DNA of 64,000 bases from Octopus sinensis. Taxonomy: Eukaryota. Numbering within the stretch: the first letter of the stretch is position 1; every line of letters starts with the position of its first letter. The notes below the pieces were generated by a model, which worked only from the letters and a program-made list of their open reading frames with translations, ran no database searches and had not been told where the DNA came from. The stretch covers positions 43,846,464-43,910,463 of the forward strand of contig NC_043011.1 in the NCBI RefSeq assembly GCF_006345805.1, in the 5' to 3' direction. The translations under genes and the position numbers were made by a program. Positions 24,465 through 38,570 of this stretch are shown here, in pieces.

Positions 24465-24697
24465 TACCAGACAGTGGCTCCCATGACTGCTGATCTTAAC
24501 TTATTGGAAGTGTTATCATGTACATTGTTTGGTCTTGGTATAAAAGATGGGCTACGACAGATTTCTTTCAGTTTCCGTCAACCAAATCCACTCACAATGC
24601 TTTGACCGGATGAACCCGGAACCATGTGGTTGGTAAGCAAGCTTCTTCCCACAGAGCCACTCCTGCGCCTATAATAATAATACTAATACTAATAATG

Positions 24698-24756
<59 letters not shown>

Positions 24757-25310
24757 GGCCCTGATGCAGTACCAGGCAGTGGCTCTCATGGCTTCTGATC
24801 TTAACTGATTGGAAGTGTTATCATTTACATTGTTTTGTCTTGGTATAAAAGAAGGGCTACAGCAAATATTCTGTCAATACCACAGATATGCTTGTCAGTT
24901 GTTTGACCTTAACCAGTTGAGCATGTCCCTTAGTGGCTGACGATATGTGCATCTCTGATCACGAGCAGAAGTAGTGGGGGAGCATCATAGCCATGTGTTG
25001 AAAGGAATTCTTAGAAGTTTGGATAATTCACCTTTGGAAACATGGGTGGTTCGTTCAACATCCCTAAACAATCTTTATTCAGGGACCTTTTGAGCGGGAT
25101 GGGTTACTCGACCAGAAGAAAATTGTAACTGGGCCCCACCTGCAAGGTCATGCGCTGTTTATCTTGATATGAGATCACCATGTCGAGCACATATGGTTGT
25201 GATGCATGTGCCTGGTGTACCCTTATCAGACGGGTAGTCATGATGGGTATACTAGGCTTCGTATATTTTACCCCAGTGTCACTTTGATGGCTTGCACTTC
25301 TCTCTCACTC
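24757..25310 (+). mobile_element. ~550-bp (AAT)n-embedded interspersed element, full copy
   Basis: Begins GCCCTGATGCAGTACCAGG and ends GCAC..CTCTCTCACTC, with (AAT)n on both sides. Homologous copies elsewhere in the window. No coding or Pol III motif recognised; strand label is arbitrary. Confidence 0.85.
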
Positions 25311-25325
25311 AATAATAATAATAAT

Positions 25326-25358
<33 letters not shown>

Positions 25359-25999
25359 CCTTTTTGCTGGAAGCACAAGGCCTCAAATTTGGTGGGGAGG
25401 AGACTAGTCGATTACATCGACCCCAGTGTTTCACTGGTACTTAATTTATCGACCCCGAAAGGATGAAAGACAAAATCAACCCCAGCAGGATTTGAACTCA
25501 GAGCGTTAAGACAGAGGAAATGCCGCTAAGCACTTTGTCTGACGTGCTAACGATACTGCCTTAATTTTTTTTGCCACAAAGGTTTGGAATTACAAAAATG
25601 ATCTGTGAAGCAATCAGGGTTAGGAGCTACATTGACTGAAGAAAAAATAGCCAAATTACACATATATCGTAATGAAATTACGGATTCGAGATGTATGTAT
25701 ATATGTACGTATGTATGTATGTATGTATGTATGTATGTATGTATGTATGTATGTATGTATGTATGTATGTATGTATGTATGTATGTGCAGTTAGAAAATC
25801 TGTATAAGAGATGAAAGCAGTAACTAAATTGTGAATTAAATGTTTATTGCTCCTTAAACATGGCTGTTTCATAGGAACCGACGTTGCTGCTATTTTTAAC
25901 CTCAGGAGGACGCCATATCCAGATGGTTATTCGATGCAATCTGCATCCGAAATATATTGCAAGCAGGGGAGTGAACCCCTACCATCAACCAATCACGTG

Positions 26000-26030
<31 letters not shown>

Positions 26031-26484
26031 CACACATACATACACATATATACTATATCTTTCTGTTGAGATAGGCTCGACGTTAAAGACATTATATTTC
26101 CTGAGGCCATACTAATACAATTGTCGTTTGTTTCCACCTGCCTTCTTTTGTTTATTTTATAAAGCTTAGTATATATATATATATATATATATATATGTAA
26201 TACGCACGCATAATACACACATACACGCATATATCTACATATATAAAGGCTTAGTGAGGAGTTTCACTTTACGACCAACCAGATAGTCTGGAGTTCGGTA
26301 CCACTGGGGTATTTTGGGGAAAGTGCTTTCGACTGAAGCTTCAGACTGTTAATACCTTGTTAATGAATTTAGGAGACGGGGTTTGTATGAAAGCCCTTCG
26401 TAAATGTGTGTGCCAGCGTATTTGTGTACTTGTGTTTTGTCGTTTTCTGTCCCGTAAGTTAACGATTCGACACATTGATATCAA

Positions 26485-26902
26485 AAAGGCGGTGAGCTGG
26501 CAGAAACGTTAGTACGCCAGGCGAAATGCTTAACGGTATTTCGTCTACCGTTACGTTGTGAGTTCAAATTCCGCCGAGGTTGACTCTGCCTTTCATCCTT
26601 TCGGGGTCGATAAAATAAGTACCAGTTACGCACTGGGGTCGATGTAATCGACTTAATACCTATGTCTGTCCTTGTTTGTCCCCTCTATGTTTAGCCCCTT
26701 GTGGGTAATAAAGAAATAGGTATTTCGTCTGCCGTTACGTTCTGAGCTCAAATTCCGCCGAGGTCGACTTTGCCTTTCATCCTTTCGGGGTCGATTAAAT
26801 AAGTACCCGTTACGCACTGGGGTCGATATAATCGACTTAATCCGTTTGTCTGTCTTTGTTTGTTCCCTCTGTGTGTAGCCCCTTGTGGACAATAAAGAAT
26901 TA
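26485..26902 (+). mobile_element. SINE A dimer with TSD
   Basis: GATATCAA at 26477-26484 and 26903-26910 brackets both units. Confidence 0.87.
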
Positions 26903-27109
26903 GATATCAATAAACTAAGCGCCAAACTGAAAGTATTTACAGGGTTGTTACGATTGACTAAAGCCCTTGATGGTGCTTACCCAATGCCCACTTACCCTAA
27001 ATTGAAAACACTTAAAATACACGCGCGCGCATACAGACATACACACACGCACATATAGTGATAAAATGTTGACAATCCACCACCACGTGGCAATTAGGGT
27101 GCCATCTTA

Positions 27110-27826
27110 ATCCCTACCATACATTTGGCTTGTACTTTGGGTGGCAAGACATCTCTGAGTAACATGGTTTTAAGCACAGTCACCCGCATCTTACCAGGTG
27201 ATGCTAAATTGTTTCGGATCCTTTTTGAAGATAACTCGCCAAGTTTTTTTCTTCTTGTGTTTCCCTCTTTTATTTCGTCCCTTTGGTGGTACCCATTGTA
27301 TCATTATATATCTGTCGTGGGTATTCGTTCTTCTGACAGTCGGAAAAACTGACCTACAGTTCTCACTCTTCTTTCCGCTCCAATCTCCTGCAGGCTGCGT
27401 TCGAAAATTAGTTCTTCACAGGACTTCAGAGTTTGTAATTCTATCCCTGTGGGTGATACTGAATATTCTACATAAATACTATTGATAGAATGCGTTCATC
27501 CTCTGGATGATTTTGGCAGTCATTTTTCACATGTCTCGTACTGAGACTGATGATTGGTAGACAATTCTCTGGGACAGTAGGATCTTCATTCGGTTCTTAA
27601 TCGAAGTGCTGGCCAAGAACTTACTTATTCCTCTGAAAACTTCTCCACGCCCGATTCTGAAGTTGACATCTGTTTTATTGTCCACCTCAGTAGCAATAAT
27701 GCTGCCCAAGTAGTTGAAGTTGGTGACGTCTTTAAAGGGTTTTTGATTCACAAAGAATCTGGGTCTTTTTTGCCAATTGGCCTTGGTTTTCTTTGAAGGT
27801 AAGACAAGTACCGTATTTTCTGACAT
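27110..27826 (-). mobile_element. APE-type LINE (RTE-like) RT C-terminus and 3' end, decayed
   Basis: KKTK..VTNFNYLGSIIA..DVNFRIG..; then NAFYQ*YLCRIFSITHRDRITNSEVL, WVPPKGRNKRGK..KTWR. Confidence 0.8.
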
Positions 27827-27939
27827 AAATGTCGATGTATTTATATAGCGTAAAGATGTAGTGTTAACATTTAAGCATTGTCGTTATCTTTCCAAGTCCC
27901 GCAGCATTTCACCGGGTATTTTTGGTCTTCCAAAATAAG

Positions 27940-27959
27940 AAAAAAAAGGAAGGAAGAAA

Positions 27960-28015
<56 letters not shown>

Positions 28016-28305
28016 AGGAACGAAAGAAAGAAGGGAAAGAAGGAACGAAAGAAGAAAGAAGGGAAGGAGGAAGACAGAAAGAAAGAAAGAAAGAATGACA
28101 GAAAGAAACAGAGAAAGAATAGAGAAAGGAAGGAAGAAACAGGGACAGAAGGAAACAGAAGAAAGAAAGGAACGAAAGAAGGAAGGAAGAAATAGAAAGA
28201 AATAGAGAAAGAAGGAGAGAAACAGAAAGAAAGAAAGAAAGAAAACAGGCAGAAAGAAAAAGAAAGCGAAAGAAGAAGAAAGAAAGAAACAAACAAACAA
28301 AGGAA
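27940..28305. repeat. (GAAA)n purine-rich repeat
   Basis: Direct reading. Confidence 0.95.
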
Positions 28306-28741
28306 AGGGATTAAGTCATTAAGTCGTCTTAGCAGCGTGTAAGTCGACCCACTGGTTTTGGCCGTAAATTCATCTTGTATACCGAACAGTACATTCCTCT
28401 TTGATATGAAATTCAAAGAGATGGCATCCAGCTTTAGCACCATCACTTATTCTCCGACCCAATTACATTCTGAATGGCACAATTACCAAAGTAGTGATTG
28501 CCGAGCATTTTATTTATCTATATTATTATTTTTTATGGCTTGCAGTGCACTTTAGAAAAAATATATTTTGTCACAATTCCGGCTTAATAAAGACAAAGGA
28601 ATGTATTTCAAAAAGGTTTTATTTCAAGTTATGAATATTCATAAATCATAGAAACTTTAGAAAATTAGGAAGAATTGAGTTCTTTGTTCCAATAAACGAG
28701 GAAGAACTATTAAATTATCAAATTCTTGCACGCACATGTCT

Positions 28742-28937
28742 ACTCTTTTACACTTTTACTTGTTCCAGTCATTTGACTGCGGCCATGCTGGAGCACCGCC
28801 TTTAGTGGAGCAAATCGCTCCCAGGAGTTATTCTTTGTAAGCCTGGTACTTATTCTATTAGTCTCTTTTGCTGAACCGGTAAGATACGGGGACGTAAACA
28901 CACCAGCATCGGTTATCAAGTGATGTTCGGGGTGGGA

Positions 28938-29014
<77 letters not shown>

Positions 29015-29177
29015 GACGGGCTTCTTTCAGTTTCCGTCTACCAAATAAACTCACAAGGCTTTGGTTGGCCCGAGGCTATAGTAGAAGACACTTGCTCAAG
29101 GTGCCACGCACTGGGACTGAATCCGGAACCATGTGGTTTGTAAGCAAGCTACTTACCACGCAGCCACTCCTACGCCT
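28742..29177 (-). mobile_element. SINE family B, near full length
   Basis: Minus strand reads AGGCGTAGGAGTGGCTGCGTGGTAAG (head) .. (TA)n(TG)n .. AAAGGCGGTGCTCCAGCATGGCCGCAGTC..GTAAAAG. Other copies or fragments at ~11540, 12360, 15650, 30765-31620, 35930, 41190, 44135, 49640, 56325, 57290, 60290, 62320, 62540 and 63000. Confidence 0.9.
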
Positions 29178-30275
29178 ACGTCTATCTTGAATTTTTTATT
29201 TGTCTCACTCAGTGGACTGGGTTCATGGTGGAGCATTGCCTCGAAGGCTTTTAGTCGGACAAATTGGTCCCAGTACTAAATTTTAAAGCCTGGTAGTTAT
29301 TTTATCGGTCTCTTTTTACCGAATCGCTAGTTAACGGGGATATAAACAAACTAACACCAGTTGTCGAACGGTGATGTGGACAAACTCACACACATGTACA
29401 TACATCCATACAATCGTTCACACACACATACACACATATGAATAATTTATATTGTATTTAAAAATAAATAAATTACATGTCTGCACTATAGGTAGTGGGT
29501 AGCGATTTTCTTCACTACTTCAGTGAGTGACGACCCTGCCTGACACGAGTCCCAGGCCAGCTGACTCCGGCTGAGAGTACTGGCATGGGCTCCTATCCAG
29601 GGTTATGGAAAGGAGACAACCTTCAAAGAAATCCGGAGTGGAGCCCCGTTATCGGTTTAATGTTCGATTCGACACTCTTCCGGCAGCTCCTGCAACCAAG
29701 CTGGTGCCAAACGTAATGCTCTGCACTCCTTTGGACTACGCCAGCAAGGTCGAGAGAAGAATCCTGACGATTGGGCTACCAAGGATTTTCTTACATCCAT
29801 CCCAGGCTTGCGCAAAACTGGAGAGGACATTTCAGTGCTGCTGTGACACAACACTATTGCCTTATTATACCTGCTCAGTCATTTTCTATCCCTAAACCAC
29901 TTGACCAGCACCTATACATTGACAGGCAACGAAGAAGCTTGTTTTTAGCCTTTCGTAGTAAGCATAGTTGACCCCAACCTGAGCCACCTCCCCAACACAC
30001 ACAACAAAAGAATTATTGCGATACAGAATTGTAAAGTTGCCAGGTAGTACAAATGTTTTTAGTGATGTGTTGTATTTCCGCATTATTTCTCACTAAACAC
30101 TAATCATGTAGCCTCGGTTCATTTATAATTACCCTTAAGTATTCGCCGACTTTTTTTTTTAAATGCGCGTCATACTTCAATTAAAATGGGTTTAGGAGGC
30201 ACTAATTTGAGTTCATAAGACTCGTATCAGCACATATCTATATATACATATGTATTATATATATATATAATATAT

Positions 30276-30371
<96 letters not shown>

Positions 30372-31079
30372 GATAGATATAGATATATATATATACACGC
30401 ACACAAACATACATGTGCATATATATATGTGTGTGTGTGTATGTGTGTGTGAGTATGTGTGTGTGTTTAAGTATGTATGTCTGTATGTATGTATGTATAT
30501 AGGCAATCATAAATAACAGAGCCACAGAAGTCCAAAGGATTTACACATGGAATGTATTAGCTTGATGGAAAAAAAGAGTGGTCTATGTTATTTTGAGCAT
30601 GGCTCTTTATCAGAAGAAGTAAAGAAAAAAAGATCCAGAGAAAGAAAAAAAGAGTCCAAGAAAAGCACAGTCGTTGGTTCGGTATTATATTTGAAAAAAA
30701 TTAACAGAAATTACTTTTCTGGTCGTTTTTAAAATTTAATGTTTATAAATCATTAGGTCTAATGGTTAGGCGCAGGAGTGGCTGTGTGGTAAGTAGGTTA
30801 CTTACCACAAAAAATCGACAGGCGTCTTTTGTCTTCTCCGATCAATATCATCCTTTTTCATCATTCATCTCATCAATGTTTCCGTCCAGCCCGAAAGCTA
30901 CTCCCTCTGTGTCATGCTTTTATGGCAAAATTTTGAAATAAAGTAGCTTACTCGCCAGCCACATGGTTCCGGGTTCAGTCCCACTGCGTGGCACCTTGAG
31001 CGAGTATCTTCTACTATAGCCCCGGACGACCAAAGCCTTGTGAGTGGATTTGGTAGACAGAAACTGAAAGAAGCCTGTC

Positions 31080-31188
<109 letters not shown>

Positions 31189-31345
31189 TGTGTCTGGTAA
31201 GAAGCTTGATTCCCAACCACATGGTTCTGGGTTCAGTCCCACTGCGTGGCACATTGGGCGAGTGTCTTCTACTATAGCCCCGGACCGACCGAAGCCTTGT
31301 GAGTGGATTTGGTAGATGGAAACTGAAAGAAGCCCGTTGCATATA

Positions 31346-31406
<61 letters not shown>

Positions 31407-31831
31407 TGTGTCCATGTTTGTCCCCACCATCGCTTGACAACCGATGCCGGTGCGTTTACATACCCGTCACTTAGCAGTTCGGCATAAGTAACCGATAGAA
31501 TAAGTACTAGGCTTACAAAGAATAAGTCCTGGGGTCTATTTGCTCGACTAAAGGCGGTGCTCCAGCATGGCCGTAGTCAAATGACTGAAACAAGTAAAAG
31601 AATAAAAGAAAGAATAAAGAATCTACTTCTAGGTTTCAAATTTTGGCACAAGGCCAGCAGTCTCTAAGAGAAGGCAATGTCTACTCAATACTTGTTTTAT
31701 CGACCTCGAAAGTACGAAAGGCTAAATCGACCACGGCAGCTTTATAAAAATTATCCAAATACTAAAGTGGAAACTTACAGAGATGTACTTGCATAGCAAG
31801 TTACCTAATAATCGTGTGCTGGAACGAAAAT

Positions 31832-32071
31832 AATTGCAGCGTGGAAGGTGTTTATAAGCCATTTAAGGAACACACAAAAACCGTTAGATTCACTTCAACA
31901 TTTAAATTTAATTTGCCAAAATATTTTCGTCGCTTTGAGACCGCGACCTGTTCACTGACAAAATTCAAAGCGACGAAAATATTTTGGCAAATTGAATTTA
32001 AATGTTGAAGTGAATCTAACGGTTTTTGTGTGTTTCTTAAATGGCTTATAAACACCTTCCACACTGCAATT
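31832..32071. mobile_element. Foldback MITE-like palindrome (107-bp arms, ~26-bp spacer)
   Basis: AATTGCAGCGTGGAAGGTGTTTATAAGCC...CGCTTTGA and TCAAAGCG...GGCTTATAAACACCTTCCACACTGCAATT. A half copy lies at ~35255-35390. Confidence 0.85.
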
Positions 32072-32865
32072 GTTTAAAGTGGAAAAATTATCAGAAAAAG
32101 CCATTCCTATCTATGTTTTCGTACACACACACACACACATACACACATTATATGTATGTACGTGTATATTTATATAGATATGCATACATAAATACATAGA
32201 TTCAACTTAATGTGCGTGTGTGTGTGTGTCTGTGTGTCTACCCGCGCCATCGCTTGACAACCGATGCTGGTGTTTAAGTCCCCATAACCCAGCGTGTTTA
32301 TGTACTGTGTGCATATTATGTATATATCTCAAATAAAGTAATTAGTTACTTGGTGACAATAAAGGTATAAATTACAACCAGAGCATGTGTTTTACTTGGC
32401 ACTATGACCCTCCCATTCTATCAACGTTATCTGTTTCAATGGACGATTTCCCATTATATATATATATATATATATATATTAGTATATATATATATCAGTA
32501 TATATAAATATATTCATATGTGTGTGTGTGTGTTTATATTTATATACTATATATATTTATACATATTAGCGTGCGTACTTGCATTTGTGTGCGTGCGTGT
32601 CCATGTTTGTGAATGTGTGTGTGTGGCTGTGTGTTTGTGAGTGGTTGTGTGTATATGTGTGTGCGTGCGTGTGTGTATATGTGTGTGCGTGCGTGTGTGT
32701 AATTTTATAAGTAGCTAACCGAATCAAGTCGCACGTTTCATTTATGAATGTCGGGAGAACAAAGCCTATCGGGATAGCAGCGCCGTCTACTGGCGGTGAC
32801 ACGTATTTGTCAAGAAATAGCCGACGTTTTAAATGTTCTGTCAGTTTTCATCTCGTGACAGCTAC

Positions 32866-32902
<37 letters not shown>

Positions 32903-33521
32903 GCTATCACCGTCGTCGTCACCGTCATCATCATCAGTTGTTCCTGTCGGTAGTTTGAGTAATACAGGCTGTGGTTTTAAATCAGGAGTTCCTAGCCATA
33001 TTTTGTTTTCTTTCGTTGCGACCTCACCACCCTTTCGAATAGTTGTCATCCCTGGCGCTCACTTAAATGGCGAGCGAGGTATCATCACAACTAAACTAAC
33101 TTAACAAAGACTATCTATGACACATTAAAAGTCAGTTTCAATCTTGCTTGCTTGCTTGTAATGTTACTCAGCGAAACTGGCGCATAATGAGAAAACACAA
33201 TGAATTAAGTTTACCCTGAAATGTTAATACGAATCGAATGAAACAAGTTTCGCGTAAATCGGTAAAGTAGTTTTCAAGATATTCGAGATTTTCAGTGCAT
33301 AAATGTGCAAAGCGGTGCATAACGAGAAAATGTTCCGAAAATAATCTGTGCATGCACACACACACATTTTTTAGTCGATGAAATAACTACCGATGGAACA
33401 CTTGTAGAATGTAAGCTAGAGGATTATTTATACTGATAGTGATCAACACCAGAAATATAGTAAATATATATATATATATGTGTGTGTGCCTCTGTGTGTG
33501 TTTGTGTGTACTTACGTATAT

Positions 33522-33849
33522 GGAAGCACTCCGTCGGTTACGACGACGAGGGTTCCGGTTGATCCGATCAAACGGAACAGCCTGCTCGTGAAATTAACGT
33601 GTAAATGGCTGAGCACTCCACAGACACGTGTACCCTTAACGTAGTTCTCGGGGATATTCAGCGTGACACAGAGAGTGACAAGGCCGGCCCTTTGAAATAC
33701 AGGTACAACAGAAACAGGAAGTAAGAGTGAGAGAAAGTTGTGGTGAAAGAGTACAGCAGGGATCACCACCATCCCTGCCGGAGCATCGTGGAGCTTTTTA
33801 GGTGTTTTCGCTCAATAAACACTCACAACGCCCGGTCTGGGAATCGAAA
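33522..33849 (-). mobile_element. SINE family C, 5'-truncated, 12-bp TSD
   Basis: ACTTACGTATAT at 33510-33521 and 33850-33861. The head is shared with 55569-55740. Confidence 0.85.
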
Positions 33850-34397
33850 ACTTACGTATATATAGCCTATATATCTGTATATATGTTGGTGTGTGTGTAT
33901 ATGTATGTGTAGTTATGTATATATGTACTATATATGTAGGTTGGTAAATATGTGTATGTCGATGCGTTTTGTTAAGTTTCAGTTAAAGCGATATAATATC
34001 TAATTTAAAAAATGTTAATTAATACCTCGCCTCCCCTATAAATAATAACAAAAACGTACAAATAGTTTCACATAAACTCTGAACTGAGCAAGGAAACTAG
34101 TTTAGAAATAGTTTGATAATATGATAAGCCGGATAATATTTTGAGAGTGTCGATCTAGATCGTGGTCGAATTCACAGTCTATTCCATCTACGTTAGCTCC
34201 CGTCCCGCCAGTCATTCTTTTGTTGTTATTGTTGTTGTTTTTATTTCACGTCTTCCCCTTAATTACACGTTATAATGTAATTTTCTGAGCCGGAAGTACA
34301 AAGTTCTCCCTTCTTCATAATCACACGGTGTTACTTGATATGTTGAGACTCTGTTTGTCGCTGTCACTATTTCTCCCTCCTTTTCTTTCTCTGTTCC

Positions 34398-34438
<41 letters not shown>

Positions 34439-36393
34439 TGTATACATACATATATGTACATACCTATACATATATGTATATATATATACATGCACATATG
34501 GGTACAGGACATCAAAAAACCGTTGAACACAATGAGAAACGAAAACATAAAAACAAAAATATAGAAATGTACTCTTTTTTCGAACTACGAAAAAAACAAA
34601 CAGAGAAACAAGACATACAACATAAAGAATATTCCCCTTCTTCAGTAGTCCCTGTTTCATCTACTGCCAGCATCAATTCTGTTGGTATTGATTTCATATT
34701 CAGTGTAATGACGTGAAAATCACTATCGCTATAACTCAATAAATAAAGCGTTATTAGCAATTAAAGTCTGAAAATTTCGGTAATTTTAGCCAATCGTAAG
34801 TCACAGACACATTAATGCCTGTTTCGATAGTAAGAAGCGGAACATGAGAACTCTTTTGTCTGCACTTGTTGACAAATATATTAACAAAGAAAGCACGTGT
34901 TGACAAATATATTGAAACCACTTGTTTTACCTGTCTTTTGACAATTGAGCTTGTGAATTTATGAATTGGTCAACAAAATGTTTGTTTTTTAATAATATTT
35001 AATTTGTAATATTTACTTTATTTACATGGAAGAAAATTACCGGAGAACTTTTATCTAATTCTTTCAAATCTTTCTGCTAAAAATTGTAATGTGTTTATCG
35101 CATGTAATATGCTGTCCATAGCATTTGCATAACACGTGTTGTTTACAAATATTGACAAGAAGTGCTATTTTCCGGATGTTGACAAAATGTGCAGTCACGC
35201 ACAAAATGACAGCTTCCAAATCCTGACTGGGTGAAAATGATGAAACTTTAACGAAATTTTGTCAGTGAACAGGTTGCAGTCTCAAAGCGACGAAAATATT
35301 TTGGCAAATTAAATTTGAATGTTCAAGGGATTCTAACGGTTTGTGTGGGTTTTTTAAATGGCTTATAAACAACTTCCACGCTGCAATTGTTTTTAGAAAT
35401 ATTTTTCTGGCAAAAGTGAAATAACTCCAGCAATTCAGTTTGGGAAAGTATATTATTGCGCCAAATTATAAAATTTTCGGTACACTCTAATTTATGAAAT
35501 GTTGGCAGCCAAACCAACCAGATCCTATGTGTATGTATGAGAGAATATGCGTGTAAATGCATATATGTGTGTGTATGCCTATCAATGTTTGTATATCTGG
35601 TCGTGTGTGTGTATGTGTGTGTGCGTGTGTGTGTGAGTGAGTGCGCGCGTGGCTGTGTGCATGCGGGTGTATACGATGGGCTATTTCAGTTTCTTATTTC
35701 TTTATTGCCCACAAGGGGCTAAACATAAAGGGGACAAACAAGGACAAGCGAACGGATTAAGTTGATTATATCGACCCAGTGCGTAACTGGTACTTATTTA
35801 ATCGACCCCGAAAGGATGAAAGACAAAGTCGACCTCGGTTGAATTTAACTAACAAATGTAGATCACCACTGGAGTAATTCGAACCCGCAGCCTCTGGATG
35901 AGAAGTCAAGTGCGCTATATCCTGCGCTACAGAGACTTACACGATGGGCTATTTCAGCTTCTGTCAATCAAATCCTCTCACAAGGGCTTTGATCAAACCG
36001 GGGCTACTCTAGTAGAAGAAATTTGCCCAACGTGTCACGCAGTGGGACTGAACCTGGAGTCATATGTTTGAGAAGCAAACTCTTTAAACACCTACAAGCG
36101 CGCGCGAGTATTAAAATACTATATATATATATACTACAAGAAAAACCACAAAATATCAGACACGGAATCAGTGGCGGTGGCGAGGTTACAGCGTGACTTA
36201 TTTGTCCACGCTAACTAAACGTCGTATATACAATCACGAGTGACGGTGCGTTGGCTGAGGTTACTACAGATAGAAAGACTGTTATCTCGATATCAACACG
36301 ACACAAACTGATATATCAAATATCGAATAGATTTTCTTTAGGGTTGGTTGATTAACGGTGTCACTAGCTTCCACCCCTCCAACCCCTGGTCCT

Positions 36394-36436
<43 letters not shown>

Positions 36437-37469
36437 CTCTCCCTCTCTCTCCCTCACTCGATCCTGGCTCACTCACTATTTTTTTTCAACAGACCACTTT
36501 GGTCACACTTCATGCTTAACTGGGTCTCATCGTGCGTATGTACATGCACATACACAAATACATGTTTATGCACACACACACATACACAACTATATATATA
36601 TATACTTGTGTGTGTGTGTGTATGTATGTCTGTGTGTTTGTGTTTGTGTGTGCGTGTGTGTGTGTACAGCTGCAGTCTAATGACCTAAACAAGTAAAAAA
36701 TAAAAGATCTATATATATGTGTGTGTGTGTGTGTGTGCGTATGTGTTTGTCTATGTATATATGTATATATGTGTGTGTATGGGTGTATATATATATACAT
36801 ATACATATGTATATTATATGTATATGATTATATTCACAAGTCCATTTATGCAGGCATCTATATGTATATATGTGTGCGTGTGTGTGTGTGTATATGTGTT
36901 TGTGTGTGTGCGTGCGTGTGTATGTTTATATTTATACATGTATGTATTTATATATAAAAAGGATTACAAAAAATGGGACAAGAACGCAAAACATCCAGAC
37001 AACATACATATGTAGGTGTCTATGTATATGTGTTTGTGTGTTTATGATCGTAGGGACCATATTTTTCAAATACACTGAAAACGCGAGTGTGCTCGACTGT
37101 GACATTTTATTTTGAAGATATTTTGCACATTTTCGTCTGGGACCCTTATGTTTAACTGAAAACAATGTTCCCGGGGCCATTAAGGATTTCAAGCCTTTTC
37201 GATCTTATCCTCTGGATGACGAGTTGATAGCTTACAGATTATTGAACTAGCCACTAAATCGATCCAATCCTCTTTTGCTCCTGCCCTCTGGAATTCCCTC
37301 TCTCTGTTCCTCATTTTCCTGTACATATTCAAGAGGAAAGTTAATCACGTAGATGTTACTGGATTCATTGGTGTGCTAGTTTTGTGAGAAGCTTTGGAGA
37401 GGCTAAAATATGTGAGGTGAGAGGAAGAGAAAGACAAATACGTGTCTTTGTGGAGGTGGTATAAGTGCA

Positions 37470-37498
37470 GATGCCACTGTAGTAGTAGTAATTGTAGC

Positions 37499-37533
<35 letters not shown>

Positions 37534-37921
37534 CAGTTGTAGCAGTAGTTGCAGCAGCAGTAGTAGTAGTAGTAGCAGTTGTAGCAGTAGTTGCAGCAGC
37601 AGTAGTAGTAGTAAGAGGAGTAGCAGTTGTAGCAGTAGTAGTAGTAGTAGCAGCTGTAGTAGTAGTTGTAGCAGCAGCAGTAGTAGTAGTGGTAGTAGTT
37701 GTAGTTGTTGTAGTAGTAGCAGTTGTAGCAGTAGTTGCAGCAGCAGTAGTAGTAGCAGTAGTTGTAGCAGCAGTAGTAGTAGTAGTTATTGTTGTCGTTG
37801 TAGTAGCTGTTGTAGTAGTAGTTGTTGTTGTAGTAGTAGCAGTAGTTGTAGCAGTAGTTGTAGCAGTAGCAGTAGTGGTAGTAGCTGTAGTAGCAGCAGT
37901 AGTAGTAGTTGTAGTAGTAGT

Positions 37922-38001
<80 letters not shown>

Positions 38002-38035
38002 CAGCAGCAGTAGTAGTAGTAGTAGTACTAGTAGT
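37470..38035. repeat. (AGT/AGC/TGT)n compound trinucleotide array
   Basis: Direct reading; explains three overlapping homopolymeric ORFs. Confidence 0.95.
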
Positions 38036-38570
38036 AATAGATTCAGAGAGAGGAGACAGAGGTTGCAGAGAAGTCAGGGTTTGTAGTGTGTTGATAAGAG
38101 ACTTCATGGCAACCAATATTCTCTGATTGCAATCATTAATATGTTTGTAACAGAAGCCCCTGTCTCCCCGTCTCGGTTCAGTGAATACATGGTCCAGAGC
38201 TTCCTACTCTTTTTTCGAGGACATATGGAAAGTCCTTTTCTTCCTGCTTGTCTTTTCCACAATAACTGTTTCGTGCAATGGGGCACTTACGGTTCCCACT
38301 CCTTTTTTCATATGAACTTGTCCTTTAATGTAGGTGATTCTTAATGTCTTTGCTATTTGTGATGCTTTCTCTGTCAAATTTATAATTCCAGTTAATGATG
38401 TAAAGTTCTGTCTGTAATTTGAAAGATCTTCATGGGGACTGTTGTTGTTATTGTTGTTGTTGTTGTTGTTGTGGTGGTAACTGCTTCTGCTATTGTCGCA
38501 GTTACCCACTATTTTGTCTTCTACGTTCTCCTCTCCTACGATAAAGCCAGTTTTACCGCTCACATAGCAT

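Noticed and set aside
37403-38126. Poly-Thr, poly-Ser/Cys and poly-Val ORFs resembling mucin or keratin-associated proteins
   Set aside because: A compound AGT/AGC microsatellite with no non-repetitive domain or convincing splice context.
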